Shown piece by piece: positions 40,601 to 52,953 of a stretch of DNA of 64,000 nt. The translations under genes were made by a program, and so were the position numbers. The number at the start of each line of letters is the position of its first letter. The stretch's first letter is position 1. The DNA comes from Podarcis melisellensis (taxonomy: Eukaryota). The stretch lies in assembly GCA_964234715.1 (NCBI GenBank), contig OZ174280.1, one strand, 5' to 3'. The notes under the pieces are model-generated. The model was not told the DNA's origin, did not search any database, and worked only from the letters and a program-made list of their open reading frames with translations.

Positions 40601-41549
40601 AAAGGAAGATAAACTCAATCTTGCTGCCCCGAAACATTTCACTGTTCAGGAGAGCGGGCAGCATGCAACAGGGGCTTTGGCCACTTTCTCCAGGAGTAAG
40701 GGGAAAAGGAGACCACATGGGCAAAACACTTTCCCCGGCACGAGGCAACCATGATGACAAAGCACACCTAGGTCTAATGCACATTTGTTTTCACACACAT
40801 CTCTGTATTGTAATTAGCAGGGGCAATTGCCCCTTTTCAAAAGCTTGAGTCACATGATCGCAGCTTCCACCAGCGGAGAAAAGACTTGAGCCCTTTCCAG
40901 TTCCACAGTTCATTCTGTCCCCTCTCTTCCTTTGCCTTTTGCTCCAATTAAGGGTTTGTTTGCCTTTGGAGCAAGGCAGGGTACACTGAACCAGGAGCAG
41001 CTATTACATAAGGAGGCTGGGTCTGAAACACATTCAGAGCAAGGCATCACTCCCAATCTGTTCCTGGAGCTCTGCTGTTTTTTCTGTTTACTGCTGTTTG
41101 CCTTTGTAGCTTTCCTCTGATGTTCCAGTACAAAGCAATGTTCTAAATGCCCGTTAACTCCACTGGGAGAGCGAGAGATGTGACCAATATTATCCTCCTC
41201 CAGCTGACCTCCCCACCACTTGGAATCCACCGCCTCCACTGCATTTTGGACACTGGCTCGCCTAATTTAGGAATGTGCTGCAGTTCCCCCACATCCCACA
41301 GAAAGTGGCCACTCTTCCTTCACCACCCTCACTTTCTGTTTTTCATGTCTTGCTCTTGTCAATAGTAGTATAGGGAGAAAAAAAATCTGGGGTGACCAGT
41401 TGAGTATTTCTTTGGAGTCCCAGCTGCGGAAATTGTAAGAATTACAGTCTGTTCTCATCTTTCTGCTGCTGATCCTGTAGCACTTGTCTAGTGGTTCCTT
41501 ATGTAGGAAGCTGCCTTAAAACTGAGTCTGACCATTGGTCTGTCTAGTT

Positions 41550-41765
41550 CAGGGGTTGCCAACATGTTTGGGCCTGTGGGCACATTTTCAAATTGGTGAA
41601 ACTGTCATAGGCACTCCACATTCACATAGACTACAACCTAGTCTATTAACTACATTATAATACTTAAAAGCTGTATTTCAGTAGGTGGGGAGGGTACTCT
41701 TTTAGCCTCAGTGAAGGCCTCTGCTGGTACACATGTCTCCACAGGAGTGGCATTGGCAAACCCTG
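41550..41765. mobile_element. hAT-like MITE nested in a minus-strand tRNA-SINE (SINE halves about 41505-41549 and 41766-41862)
   Basis: Termini caggggttgccaa / ttggcaaaccctg; diverged 8-bp flanks gtctagtt / ctctaact; the flanks join into the reverse complement of the 44575 SINE. Confidence 0.55.
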
Positions 41766-43558
41766 CTCTAACTCATTATGACTGCCAGTTGTATTTGAAG
41801 ATGCCAAGACTGCCAGCTGGATCTTTTGAGTGCAAACCATGTGCTCTACCACTGAGTCATGACCTTTCTTGTTCTTGAGTGTTGTAGCATAAAGTTCTAA
41901 AATATTTTCCATTTCACTTTTAACTGCTTTGGATGGCTGCTTGTCACTCCAAGAAGCTGATAAAACAGGTTGTTTGCTGTGAGGGTTCATGACACAGGAA
42001 AGCACTTGCGGTACATTTTCTCCTGTGGCAGCTCCACATGGCAGACACTATTGTGAGAGTGCCGTTTTTCTCTTGTACAGTTCCATTTCATTTCCACACT
42101 GTTGGTGCAGGAAAACTTCTCAGTGGATCGTACTCTTAGTTTCAAAAGGTGTGATCCTATGCTTTAAGCTCCGTTGAAAGCAACAGAACTTACTTTTGAG
42201 TGGACAGACTTTAAGAGTTCATGTTCTACTGCTTCAGCTTGACAGAATTTTCTGGAAACTGCAATATAGTGCTATTTCTCAAAACTTAAAAATTACAAGA
42301 TTTGGAGAGAACCTTTAGGCTTCAAGCTTTGCTCTGAAAATAAAACAGTTCAGCTCCACTGTCTTTTACTAAGAAACTGAATAAAAAGAGCCTGGCTGGA
42401 TGAGGCCACTTGTTCTCACAGTGACCAACCAGATGCCTATGGGAAGCTCACAGGCAGAAGCTGAGTGGAAAAGCATCCTCCCACACCAGCAACAATAATT
42501 CAGAATCTGTTCTGTTTAGGTTAGAGTGAATATCCATGTCTACTGGAGGCCTCTCTTTCGTAAATGCATCTCTGCCATTTGCTCTGAAAAAAAAAAGCAG
42601 CTATTAAAGAACAACAGGCTCCTGAGTTTCAACAAAGCTTGCCATTAGCATACTGGAAGCAGTCTTCCCTCCCATACAGAGGCTCATGTGCCAATGGATT
42701 TGTCCTTTGGAATCCCCCTTCAATAGTTGCTGACCACTGTCAAGAGTCACAACAATAGCCTGTTTCAGAATCTAGGCTATGGTTAATAAACCTAATGGCA
42801 GAAACACTGCTTTGTTGAATCTCCTAGCTTCCCCTTAAGAAATAATGCTTTGTGAGCTTTTGTCCAGCAAGGGATTGCATCCATGTTTCTAAAATAATGT
42901 GGTTTTCCTTAAGCAATAAAATCCTTATAATGTGGGGCGGGGAAAATGCTAATAGTCCCAAATGTGTATGTTTCTCACCATCTTGGCATAAGGAAGTCCT
43001 AAGCAGAAGTACACTAGGTGGCACCCTCCTCCATGTCTTGAGGCATGACACCACCAAGAACAGAGATCTGAAGGTTTGACTGAAAATCTTCAGACCCCAG
43101 CATCTAACTAGGAGAGCAGTTGCATATAACAGGTAACAATGAGACAAACATACAGAGAATTGTTAATTTGTATAGAGTAGAATGGCTACATTAATGTCAA
43201 TATTGAAACCATGCTGCCCCCCACCCCAATTTGATTTAATACTGTGACCTTATCTTTGCCTGATAGGTTTGAAAAGTTTTAGGACCTTGCCTAGACATAT
43301 AGTTTGATACAATTATGTAAAATAAATGGATATTTACATGATTGAGATGTCTCCTTCATGTTGCAGTGCTTGATAAAACTATAATTATTTTAGAAAATAA
43401 TAATTTTCAGGTTGTGCATTTTTAATAATGACATTATGGGAAAAATCTGACATTGTTACCTGGATGGGAGCAGAAGCAAAGAGCCTTGGTGTTAGTACCT
43501 AGGCTGGAATGGGCATGCCAAGGCCCACCAGAGGTGATACTGCTTGCCGCACTCCTTT

Positions 43559-43590
43559 CTCCTCCTCCTCCTCCTCCTCCTCCTCTTCCT
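43559..43590. repeat. (CCT)n microsatellite
   Basis: Read directly. Confidence 0.9.
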
Positions 43591-43688
43591 ATAGTCATGC
43601 ATCTGGCAGCTGGGTATATACACAGTTACAAACACTCATTTTACCATTTTCACTTAAAAGATATATTATCCTTTTCTGTAACACAATA

Positions 43689-43914
43689 CAGTGGTACCTC
43701 TGGTTACATACTTAATTCATTCCGGAGGTCCGTTCTTAACCTGAAACTGTTCTTAACCTGAAGCACCACTTTAGCTAATGGGGCCTCCTGCTGCCGCTGC
43801 ACTGCCGGAGCACAATTTCTGTTCTCATCCTGAAGCAAAGTTCTTAACCTGAGGTACTATTTCTGGGTTAGCGGAGTCTGTAACCTGAAGCATATGTAAC
43901 CCGAGGTACCACTG
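43689..43914 (+). mobile_element. pogo/Tigger-like MITE, family C, intact 226 bp
   Basis: TA TSD; TIR CAGTGGTACCTC(T/G)GGTTACATA; repeated TAACCTGAAG motif. Confidence 0.92.
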
Positions 43915-44084
43915 TAGTGCTTATTCCTAAGTAAATGTGTTTTTAGTAACTGGCAGATACAAACTCCATTTTATTCCTATAGTAATGATGGCGCTATGAG
44001 TTAAGTTAGTTTAAACCTATGCTCAGAGTGTTTACTTTTAATTGAGTCTGGCAAGGTGTAACTCTTAAGAGTGTAGTAGCATTG

Positions 44085-44370
44085 GCTGGGTTGCCTCAGC
44101 CGCTATGGGCAGCTTCCAATAGAATATGAAGAACACATGATATATCAGACAATAAAAACTTCCCAATACAGGACGGCCTTCAGATGTCTATGGAAGGTTG
44201 TATAATTGTTTATCTCTGACATCTGACTGGAGAGTGTTCCACTGGATGGGTACCACTACCAAGAAGGCCCTCTGCCTGGTTCCCTGTTACCGGAGCTGGA
44301 CCTAAATGATGGGAGTGGAGATGCTCCAGGTATACAGGGCTGAAGCCGTTTAGGGCTTTAAATGTCATGG
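44085..44370 (-). mobile_element. L2/CR1-clade LINE 3' fragment
   Basis: Minus strand TFKALNGFSPVYL resembles the L2 ORF2 C-terminal motif, followed by degenerate 3' UTR. Confidence 0.6.
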
Positions 44371-44574
44371 AATGGAGAAGAGGGATGTTAATTGTGTGCT
44401 TCACAACTGAAGTAACAGAGATGGTGGTCTAAAGACCATTAAGTCTTGAATTGGATTCAGTAGTGGACCCATATAGATAAGGTGTGTTTCATATGCCTTT
44501 TCTCAGCTAGTAAACTTATTACTGTATTTTGTACTCATTCTAGTTTCTTAAAATCTTCAAGGACGACCTCAGAG

Positions 44575-44757
44575 ACAGGCCATAGTGCAGTGGTAGAGCA
44601 CATGTTTTGCATGCAAAAGGTCCCAGGTTCAATCCCCAACATCTTTAGGTAGTGCTGAGAATGTTCCTTCTCTGAAACTCTGGAGAGCAGTCACTAGTCA
44701 ATGTCAACAATACTGACACTAATGCACTGATTCTGTGCACAGCAGCTTCCAGTGTTC
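44575..44757 (+). mobile_element. tRNA-derived SINE
   Basis: A box tagtgcagtgg and B box ggttcaatcc in a tRNA-like head, followed by a non-tRNA body. Confidence 0.75.
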
Positions 44758-47083
44758 ATTTCTCCACCCCTAAACAAGAGTACTGGCCCACCACATGCTG
44801 GCTAGTTTGACTGGTGGATGGGGCTGCACAGCTACCAATTAGCTTGCTTTTGGCAGTCTCAGGGGGACCCCCATGCTTACAGAAGTACAATAGCATTTCA
44901 GAAGAAAATTTACAGCGGGACACACACCCTCCCCCCCAAAAACACGACATAGTTCTCAGCATACTCAGTAGGCAAGTACTTCTGGCTGACTATTGAAGGC
45001 AAGGTAGAATGGAAAATTGAGAAAAGAATTGGAATGGAGTATCCTGCAAAGGGGCATGGCTGCCTCCCTGGAACCCTGAACAAAAATGCTCCACACTTCA
45101 TAGCACAGGTCTCTCTTGTACTGCTTGCTAGTCATTCTCAAGGGTTACTAGCTAACAGTCTGTGAGTAGAGAAAAAAGCCCCTGCTGGTGTTAAACTTCA
45201 TATAAAGATTTCTGTTTCCTTTTGTAAGCACAGCCAAAGGTGCTCTGCAGCTGGCAAATATCCTTGCCTGCTAACCTGGAGGATCAAAGGTCCAGGCTTT
45301 TGGGGCCCTGTGCCTGACACCAAAAACTCTCTTCTAGACCCAAACTATGCTTCTGTTCTTTGCTAATCCAAGCACTAGGATGTGGAGCTAAGCAAAACAC
45401 CAAAGCGTTCCAAAATACAGATGTTGAAAAGCAACAGAATTTGGTCTGGTTGCTGCTGCTGCTTTCCTCCAGGAGCACTCAAAATACTGGACTTCTGTTC
45501 CTTGATGTTTGAGCAGTTTAAATTAGACCCCAAGGAGGAGTGGGTGGGAGAGGATAACGCTATTCCTGCAAAGACGATGACTGCATTAAACATCAATTTC
45601 CTTGTATTTTTCTTTCACTTGGATCCAAGTGGATCTGGCATGCTTAAAAAAAAGTTCAGACATCCTTCAGTAATTTCAGCTCTTTGAAACTGGCCAAAGT
45701 TTCAAAAAGCTTGTCACTGGGCCTCTGCCTGCTTCCTGGAGGGCCTCCACCTCTCCTCAACTCTCGCTGCCAAGCCCTTGCATTTTTCACAGCAGGACCA
45801 AAAACCTCAAGATATTCACAAGTGGGCTCCTCCCCCATCCCTGGCATATTGATATTCATTTGGAAGCTGTAATTAATTAGGCTCTGTTGCCCTTTCACCC
45901 CTCTAAGCCCCTGGTGCTGCTTTGGCCCCGCTGTTTGAAACTCTGCAATGTCAGCACATTCCAGCAAAAGCTGTTTTGAGTGAGGGCCTCTGGAAAAAGG
46001 GAAACCCCATTAAATTCCAGCACTTGTATATTCCTTGAGGGCCTTGGTCTGAAACACCTTTCAAAAGTTGCCCAGTGTATTAATTTAGGAAAAGAGAGGG
46101 ACGTTAAATCTAGCCTCCTTTCATTCTCCCTCTTCTGCCTACTGCTGGCTGCACACTTTAACTCCAAAGTTTGTTTTTCACATAAGTTACCGGTTTTAGA
46201 GGAAATGTGCAGTGATGGAAATGACTTCTGTTTTAGGATTTAGACATTTTTCTTTTAGATAAAGATATAACTATTAAAAACTATAAAACTTCAAAATAAA
46301 AAGAGTAATGATGTCAGAAACCAAATACAGTATGCAAAATTGCCTCCAACCAAATAAAACATATCTCTAAGATTCATACATGGACTGTGACACCAATTTC
46401 TACAATGACTAATACTGGTGCAATTTTTCCTCTCCCAGTGCCTTGTATAAAGCTAGTGGGGGGAAATTTGTGCCAGACAGTTTAGAGGATTGGACTACCC
46501 ATATACAGTATGTTAAAATTAAAAAGAGTTAGAACTTTCTGCTTGGAAAAAAACTGAATTATTAACAACTCCTTTAGCACCTGACTGAATATGAGGCAGT
46601 TTATGAAGACTATGTACACCAGAAGCAAAGGCACATATACAGTTGAAGCATATGTATTTAACTGGGTATACATAAAAAACGTTGTCTGGATCTTCCACAC
46701 CTTTCAGCAATTTTGATTAAGGCTTTGAGTGGATATGAAATAGCAAAATTTACTGTGTTTGTCAAAGCGAAACAAATGCTATTAGACTGCTCAGGAAATA
46801 CTTTGGGGTTGCTTTGGTTTGGCAATGCAAATAGGTGTAAGATTTCAATCTAGGATGGGCTGGGTTTATATTTCTTTTTCCACAGCTCTGTGTCAGCTCT
46901 CTGGCTCTGCCAGAACCCAGAGTAACCATACAAATACTTGCATATCCTGCTCTCAGTTTACAGGTACATTTAGTTGGAACTGAACTGCTAAGGAGCTACT
47001 TTCTTCTGGGAGGGCCATTTGGCAGAAGGATCAGACGTTCTGTCTAGGAACATATGGCTATATGCATATGACCCATGCACACC

Positions 47084-47251
47084 NNNNNNNNNNNNNNNNN
47101 NNNNNNNNNNNNNNNNNNNNNNNNNNNNNNNNNNNNNNNNNNNNNNNNNNNNNNNNNNNNNNNNNNNNNNNNNNNNNNNNNNNNNNNNNNNNNNNNNNNN
47201 NNNNNNNNNNNNNNNNNNNNNNNNNNNNNNNNNNNNNNNNNNNNNNNNNNN
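47084..47251. other. Assembly gap (168 N)
   Basis: Run of N. Confidence 1.
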
Positions 47252-47899
47252 TTTAAAGCACGCACACCAAAATTCCTGGTAACTACCGGTAGTTTATTAA
47301 GGGTGCTGTGATTTGTGGTATGTCAAGTGTGTGTTGCAATTTTTACTGGGGTTCAATGTGCTTCTGGAAAGGGTTAAATGCTCTCTTTCTCCTCTGTGCT
47401 TTTGTAATGTTAGTCCCCCTCCCCATGGTTTTTTTAAAAACACACACATAAAGGTGATGTTATTTAGTAGGGAAGATTTGAAGCAATAGAGCTGAATCCT
47501 AGAGAGGCAGATCTCTAGCGGTGGTAACTGGCCAGAATAAACCACCTACACCTGGGGGAAATTGCTCATCAATTTCATTTAGTTTAAAAAGCTGGATTGT
47601 TTCAGCTCTAGAAAGAAAACTGAAGAAGGAAAATGCAAGAGGGGTTTTCTTTTGGATGATGTTGTCGATCTGCCCTCTAAAAAGTAAGTAAGCAAAGTGT
47701 GACTCTTCTGGTGTGGAAGCAGCCACAGACAATGGCTGAGAAATTGATTTATTCTTGATAGAGCCCTAAAACACTAGCTCTGTTGAGGACAGTGTGGCAG
47801 CTCTGGAGGAAAGGGGAAATACAGCAAGCTACCTCAATGCTATCCTGTTACTTTTGCCTGATTTTTCCCTGCTGCAGACCACAAAGGTCCTAAGCAGTG

Positions 47900-48148
47900 T
47901 TCCCCCCCCCAAAAAATGTTTAGGGGTACTCTCATTTTTACAAAAGAAAATCACCATTTTACAGTTGAAATTGGGGAAAATAAAGACAACTTTGGGCAAT
48001 CCTCCCCCCAAAAAGCTCAACAACTTTGGGCAATCCCCCCCCAAAAGCTGAAAAACTCTGGGCCATCGCCCATTTTACTAAATTTCAGCCCCCCAAAATA
48101 GGGGGGTGTCTTATACACGGGGGCGTGTTATACACAGAAAAATATGGC
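47900..48148. mobile_element. Partial Tc1/mariner-type MITE (right end gtcttatacac...gaaaaatatgg) with short internal tandem repeats; related remnant at 32065-32200
   Basis: Terminus is the reverse complement of ccgtattttc..., seen at 32067; internal aactttgggcaatcc repeats. Confidence 0.45.
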
Positions 48149-49074
48149 AAGTTTAATAATAATAATTAATACATGACTTCCCCCAAATACTCCTGGGAAC
48201 TGTAGTTTACTCGCAGAGCAGCAATTTCCCACATCCCCTTCCTCCTCTATTACCCTGTGATAGTAGAAACCAGGAAAAACCTGGTCTTTCTTGTGCGCTT
48301 ACTTAATACTGTATTTTTTTTTATATGTGCTCTCAAAAATATTTTGAAGTTGGAGAAAACCTTGATATCATGCACAAACAAGCTATTGAAATGTTTTTAC
48401 CCAACTGTATTTGTAAAGATTATCAAAGGAGCAAATAGTAGTGTTAGGATTGACACTTGCAAAAGGACTCAACAGGAATATTACAGCCCTTAAAAACTGG
48501 CCCCCAGTTTTCTTGATTTTGTTTGAGGCCTGCATTTGGCCTAGTATTTGCTTGTGTTGGAGGCAGGCTGTTAGTCTTCAGCCTGGAAGTAGTATCAGCT
48601 GCTTTATCTGAGCTTGATGAGCCCCACCTGTGTTTTTAACCCTATGCTTGTTTGTTGTAGGGTCATCATGTCTGCCCAGTCTTCTCTGCCATACATATGA
48701 TTCAGGCTCCCAGTAAAAGTGACTGAATGATAGACTGGCCAAGTTAAGAGTATAACCATATCAGTGAAGACAAAGTCAGACTATGCTTGATTCCCTGTCT
48801 GTGAGAGCGAAGGTGGTTATTATTTTTTTTATGTTGACAGAAGAATGTGGAAAGGTTCAGCCAATCTTTTGGATTTTTTTGCTGGCTTGTTGGTATGACA
48901 AGTTACTGACTTAGTTTGGAAGATGGACCCCATTGTTTTTGGAGATATATCTCATAATCAGTGTTAATTCAGAGGCGGCGGCATTTATTCAGTATTTACT
49001 TTTGTTTTTGAATCATATCCTGCCCTTTAAAAGAACCCCCAGTAATGCTAGTTTATAATGTTCAACTAAAATAA

Positions 49075-49564
49075 TGTTGCACACCATCCGAATCTCAGAG
49101 CAGTACGAGATTCCAGGCAATAGGCATGAGAGACAGTGGAGACTATGGTATCTTTATGATATACGATTTATTTACACGTATATACAACTGGAGCCTACAG
49201 TGGAGGGCCTCACAGCATTAACACCCCAAGAAGGTCTTGCTTCTCCCATAGCCACAGCCTTGGATCCCAGCAGAAATCAGGCAGGGCTCTGTCTCTCAGC
49301 TGTCCAGTCTTTCCTTCTAGCTCACACACCTCAGCTCTGATCTTTTGTCTTTCTAACTGACAGCAAGTTGAAGTGGGGGCTCACTCATTTGTCCTCAGGC
49401 CCAGAGCCATTTCATCTGTTACCTTAACTACCCATACTTCGGCCATTACTTCACCAGGAAGATGGCCTGACCGTTCCTGATATTTAATCCTTGTTGGATC
49501 CAGGAATTAGAATATACAGCCTAACTTCCCTAAAGGTATACAGCCTAAGTCCCCTAAACTCACA
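49075..49564 (-). mobile_element. Candidate solo LTR, about 490 bp
   Basis: TGT...ACA termini; 4-bp flanks ataa/acaa; minus-strand AATAAA near 49170; interrupts an L2-like 3' remnant (about 48990-49074 and 49565-49750). Confidence 0.5.
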
Positions 49565-51199
49565 ACAATTACATTAAAGTACTAAAAACACAACAATAAA
49601 AAATGAAACAGCAGACAATGCAGATTCAGAGCCGAAAGATTTTTAAGAAGCCTGGAGGAAGGGGGGAAGTATTCACCTGGTGCAGAAAAGATAACCAAGT
49701 AGGCGCCAGGCAAGCTTCCCTAGGGAGAGAACTTTCCATCTGCAGGCACCATTGGGTAGATGTTGTGCCAAAATAGGGAGGTTAGGATCAGATAGCTAAG
49801 AGCTTTTTCTTCTTCTAGGCTGTCTCCCAACCTTCTGCTCCTGTTGAATGCCAAGTCTAGTTCTTACCGAAACAAAAACAAAAAATCCAACCCCCAAAAC
49901 TACGAACACCTGTGATTTAATTATGGATTAAAAGACTGATTTCTTGTTTTACACACACCCATTGCTGTGGGAAGCAAGGGACATGTTTGTAATATTTAAT
50001 CTTTCTAGGTGGCTATGAGGTTTTGTGGTGGATTTTTATTGCACGTTAATGTTTTGTTGCTCTGTTCCGTTGTGTGTCGTGAGCTGCTTGGGGGGGCGTT
50101 AAAAACACACACACCTGGGTGTGAAATGTCAAGGAACAGTGAGATATGGCTACCTGATAGAGGGAAGGCACTCTGCTTGTGCTTCCAGACATACTTTCCT
50201 GATGGCTACATGTTTAGAAGCTGAACCCTGACATTTTGAACATGTTCTGCTGGAGCTGAGACTGGCTGATATTTACATCTGGAAATATAAATTAAAATGA
50301 GGTAGCCATCTCTACAGAATAATTAAATGCCTTTTATTGGGACCAACCAATGTTTGCAAAGCACTATTTAAGCTTCTAGGTGATGCAGAACTCTTCCTCG
50401 GACTGGATGACCAAGCAGGATTTTTGAAGAGCAAAATTGCATATTTTAAATGTTAGCAGGCTTAGTAGAATAAAATTCCCAGACACAATAACATAACATG
50501 TAAAAACCAATCAATTTTCACAAGCCAGCATGTGATACAGTAACTACTAGTTAATATTACCAAGTTTTCTTCATTCCAGCATTCTCAGAGATATTAAGTA
50601 ACTAAGTTCTAATTTAATGAAAAACGAAAAATCTTATTTATGTCTGTCTGCCTAAGGCTGCAATCCTGTATGCAATGTACACACTTAAACTTGAAGTAAG
50701 ATCTAGTGAACATGTATAGACATGAATAGGATTGCACTCTAGGTTTGCAAGGACATCCATCCCGAGACTGGAATAATCCATAGACAAATATAAGCAAGAC
50801 CTACACTTTGCTTTTGCTTGGAAACATATACCCCTGCCCGCCTGATCAGTTCTGTGTCACTTGAAAGCTTACGTACTGCATTATGAAGACTGGTAGAGAT
50901 TACTAAAAACGTAAAATGTCTGTTATAAATGACTGCACAGTTAGGTGTGTTATGGCTTTTTAAAAAAAGTGCATCTAAGTTCCTAGAACATTCAGAAATT
51001 GTGATGTGAAAATGGGTTTATGGTTGTTGTGTACTAATAGAATGAAGCAAAATAAATGAATTAATAAAATAATAACAGTGGTTGCTGAAAACTCCAGATT
51101 CGTTTCTCCTTTCCTTCCCCCTCCCCTGTTCTTGCTTGGAAACAGGTTCTAATTAAGGCACCGTTTGTTAGATGAGTTTATTTTCCAATTCCAGAGCCA

Positions 51200-51205
<6 letters not shown>

Positions 51206-51237
<32 letters not shown>
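51206..51237. repeat. (GA)16 microsatellite
   Basis: Read directly. Confidence 0.95.
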
Positions 51238-51239
<2 letters not shown>

Positions 51240-51763
51240 TTACTTCATGGAAAGTGAGGAATAGCAAAAACTTTTCTGACTAGAATCCAATATCCCTCTC
51301 CTCCCTCCTCCTCTTCCAGTTTCTATAACCTCTTTGGCCCTGGTTTTGGGGGCTGTTAATTTAACATGATGGAACAGATACACAAAGGAAACCGAAAGCC
51401 ATCAGAAAGCCATCAGGAAGCCATCAATGTTCGAAGCAACTGTGTAGTGTGCATAAAGGTTTGTGTTCCCTGACAGTGGTTCTGTCTCCATGTGGTAAGC
51501 AAACCTCAGATTGGGACCTAATCCCAGCTATGTAAATCAAAGTGATTTGCTGAAGTGAGTTTATGACCTCAGTTCCTCCTTCAACTAATTTCCTGAATTT
51601 TCCAAATGATCAGATTGGAAGCGGCACTCCTTAAACCACTTGTTTCTGCTTAGCCTGACACCCTGCATCTCTACATCAGCATCTCCACTACACCAATACT
51701 TCTTCACACCCTTGGGTGCTACCTCACAACTGGGGCTTCACTCCTTTCAATAGCAACTAGCCT

Positions 51764-51777
51764 CCACAAGAGGGCAC
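51764..51777 (+). promoter_or_regulatory. CTCF-like motif
   Basis: CCACAAGAGGGCAC, one mismatch to the core. Confidence 0.4.
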
Positions 51778-52897
51778 TATGTCGACTCAAGAAAATATCC
51801 TGTTTTGGATACTGTATTTTCAAATTCTCAAATTCTCCCTGCCAATGGTACCTTAAAGGCGATCCTTTGTCTGGCCTATCATATGAATGGGAAAGTGTGT
51901 ACTGAAACAGCACAATGTGTTGCTGGTAGAAGGTTGAATTTCAGTGGAGTGGGAGCAGGGACAGAGTTGACATGGTCAGGCTGGACTTAGAGATGCCCTG
52001 GGCTGAACTGGTTTTGTCACTCTAACAAAATAAGGCCTTTGCCCCTCCATCCACCCAAAATACAGACTGGCATAGCTTTGACACAGCAGGCTACACCTGA
52101 ACCATGGCAACTTTTCAGGCCTGCCTTGGCACAGAAGATGGGGAACTGGGCAACGCTTGACAGCCAACTGGAACGCAAACTGCTTATATTGCGATTTTTG
52201 CCTGGGGGAAAGGCCTGTGTTTTAACTAAATAGCAAATGGGGAGTTTGGTGGGAGGCAGTGCTGCAGATTAGTTCCAGATGTCCCCAGTGACGTATGGAT
52301 ATGTGTGTGCGTCTCTTCTCTTGTTGCATTTGCCTAGCAGCTGTGGCTTGACGTTGCTTTCAGTCCAAAGCCAACATCCGTCTGGAGGGGCTTTGGGTAT
52401 CTCATTCCTTTGCCTGGTTATTTGCAGCACAGAAGTCCCATAGTAGTTCCTCTCCATCTTTCTCCTTTCTCTGTCTCCTCTCCTCCTGCTCTCTCTCTCA
52501 CTCTCTCTCACCCACATCCCCACCTCTTGCTGCTAGCATCACTACAAGTCTCATTTCCTGCTTGCCAGAACGAAAGTCAAAACTATTCAGGATGCGAATG
52601 GAGGGTGTGTATGTGTAGCTTTTACTGGCCCACCCTGAGGAGGCTCCCTGTCCACACCCACTGCGTGCCGGGCAGCTTTATATATACAGGTGCAAAGTCT
52701 TCCCAGAATGCCGAGTGGCTGCCAAGAGTGCTGTGGAAAATAGTACCAACAATTCTCCTTCTGTAAAGGAGGGAATGCAGAGAGGCTGGGAGCCTAAAGA
52801 TCAGAAGATGGTGGGCTAGGTCTGGCTTGAAGCCAATAGGTCTCCATGGCTTTCCCTGGCCTCTAGTGCTTGGGGGCAAAAGGGAGAATCTTTTATT

Positions 52898-52953
52898 TTA
52901 TGTTTTATTATAGACTTATGTTTTATTATAGACTTATGTTTTATTATAGACTT
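52898..52953. repeat. 18-bp tandem repeat x3 (TTATGTTTTATTATAGAC)
   Basis: Three exact copies. Confidence 0.95.

Noticed and set aside
44575-44650. tRNA-like sequence
   Set aside because: Acceptor stem does not close and the sequence continues into a SINE body found in several degenerate copies.
47019-47311. ORFs spanning X runs
   Set aside because: Created by the assembly gap.
51366-51500. ATG-initiated 31-codon frame ending at AAG|GT, an 11-bp repeat x3 (GAAAGCCATCA) and a GTAAGC donor at 51495
   Set aside because: Peptide not recognised and no partner exons found; cannot be supported without RNA data.
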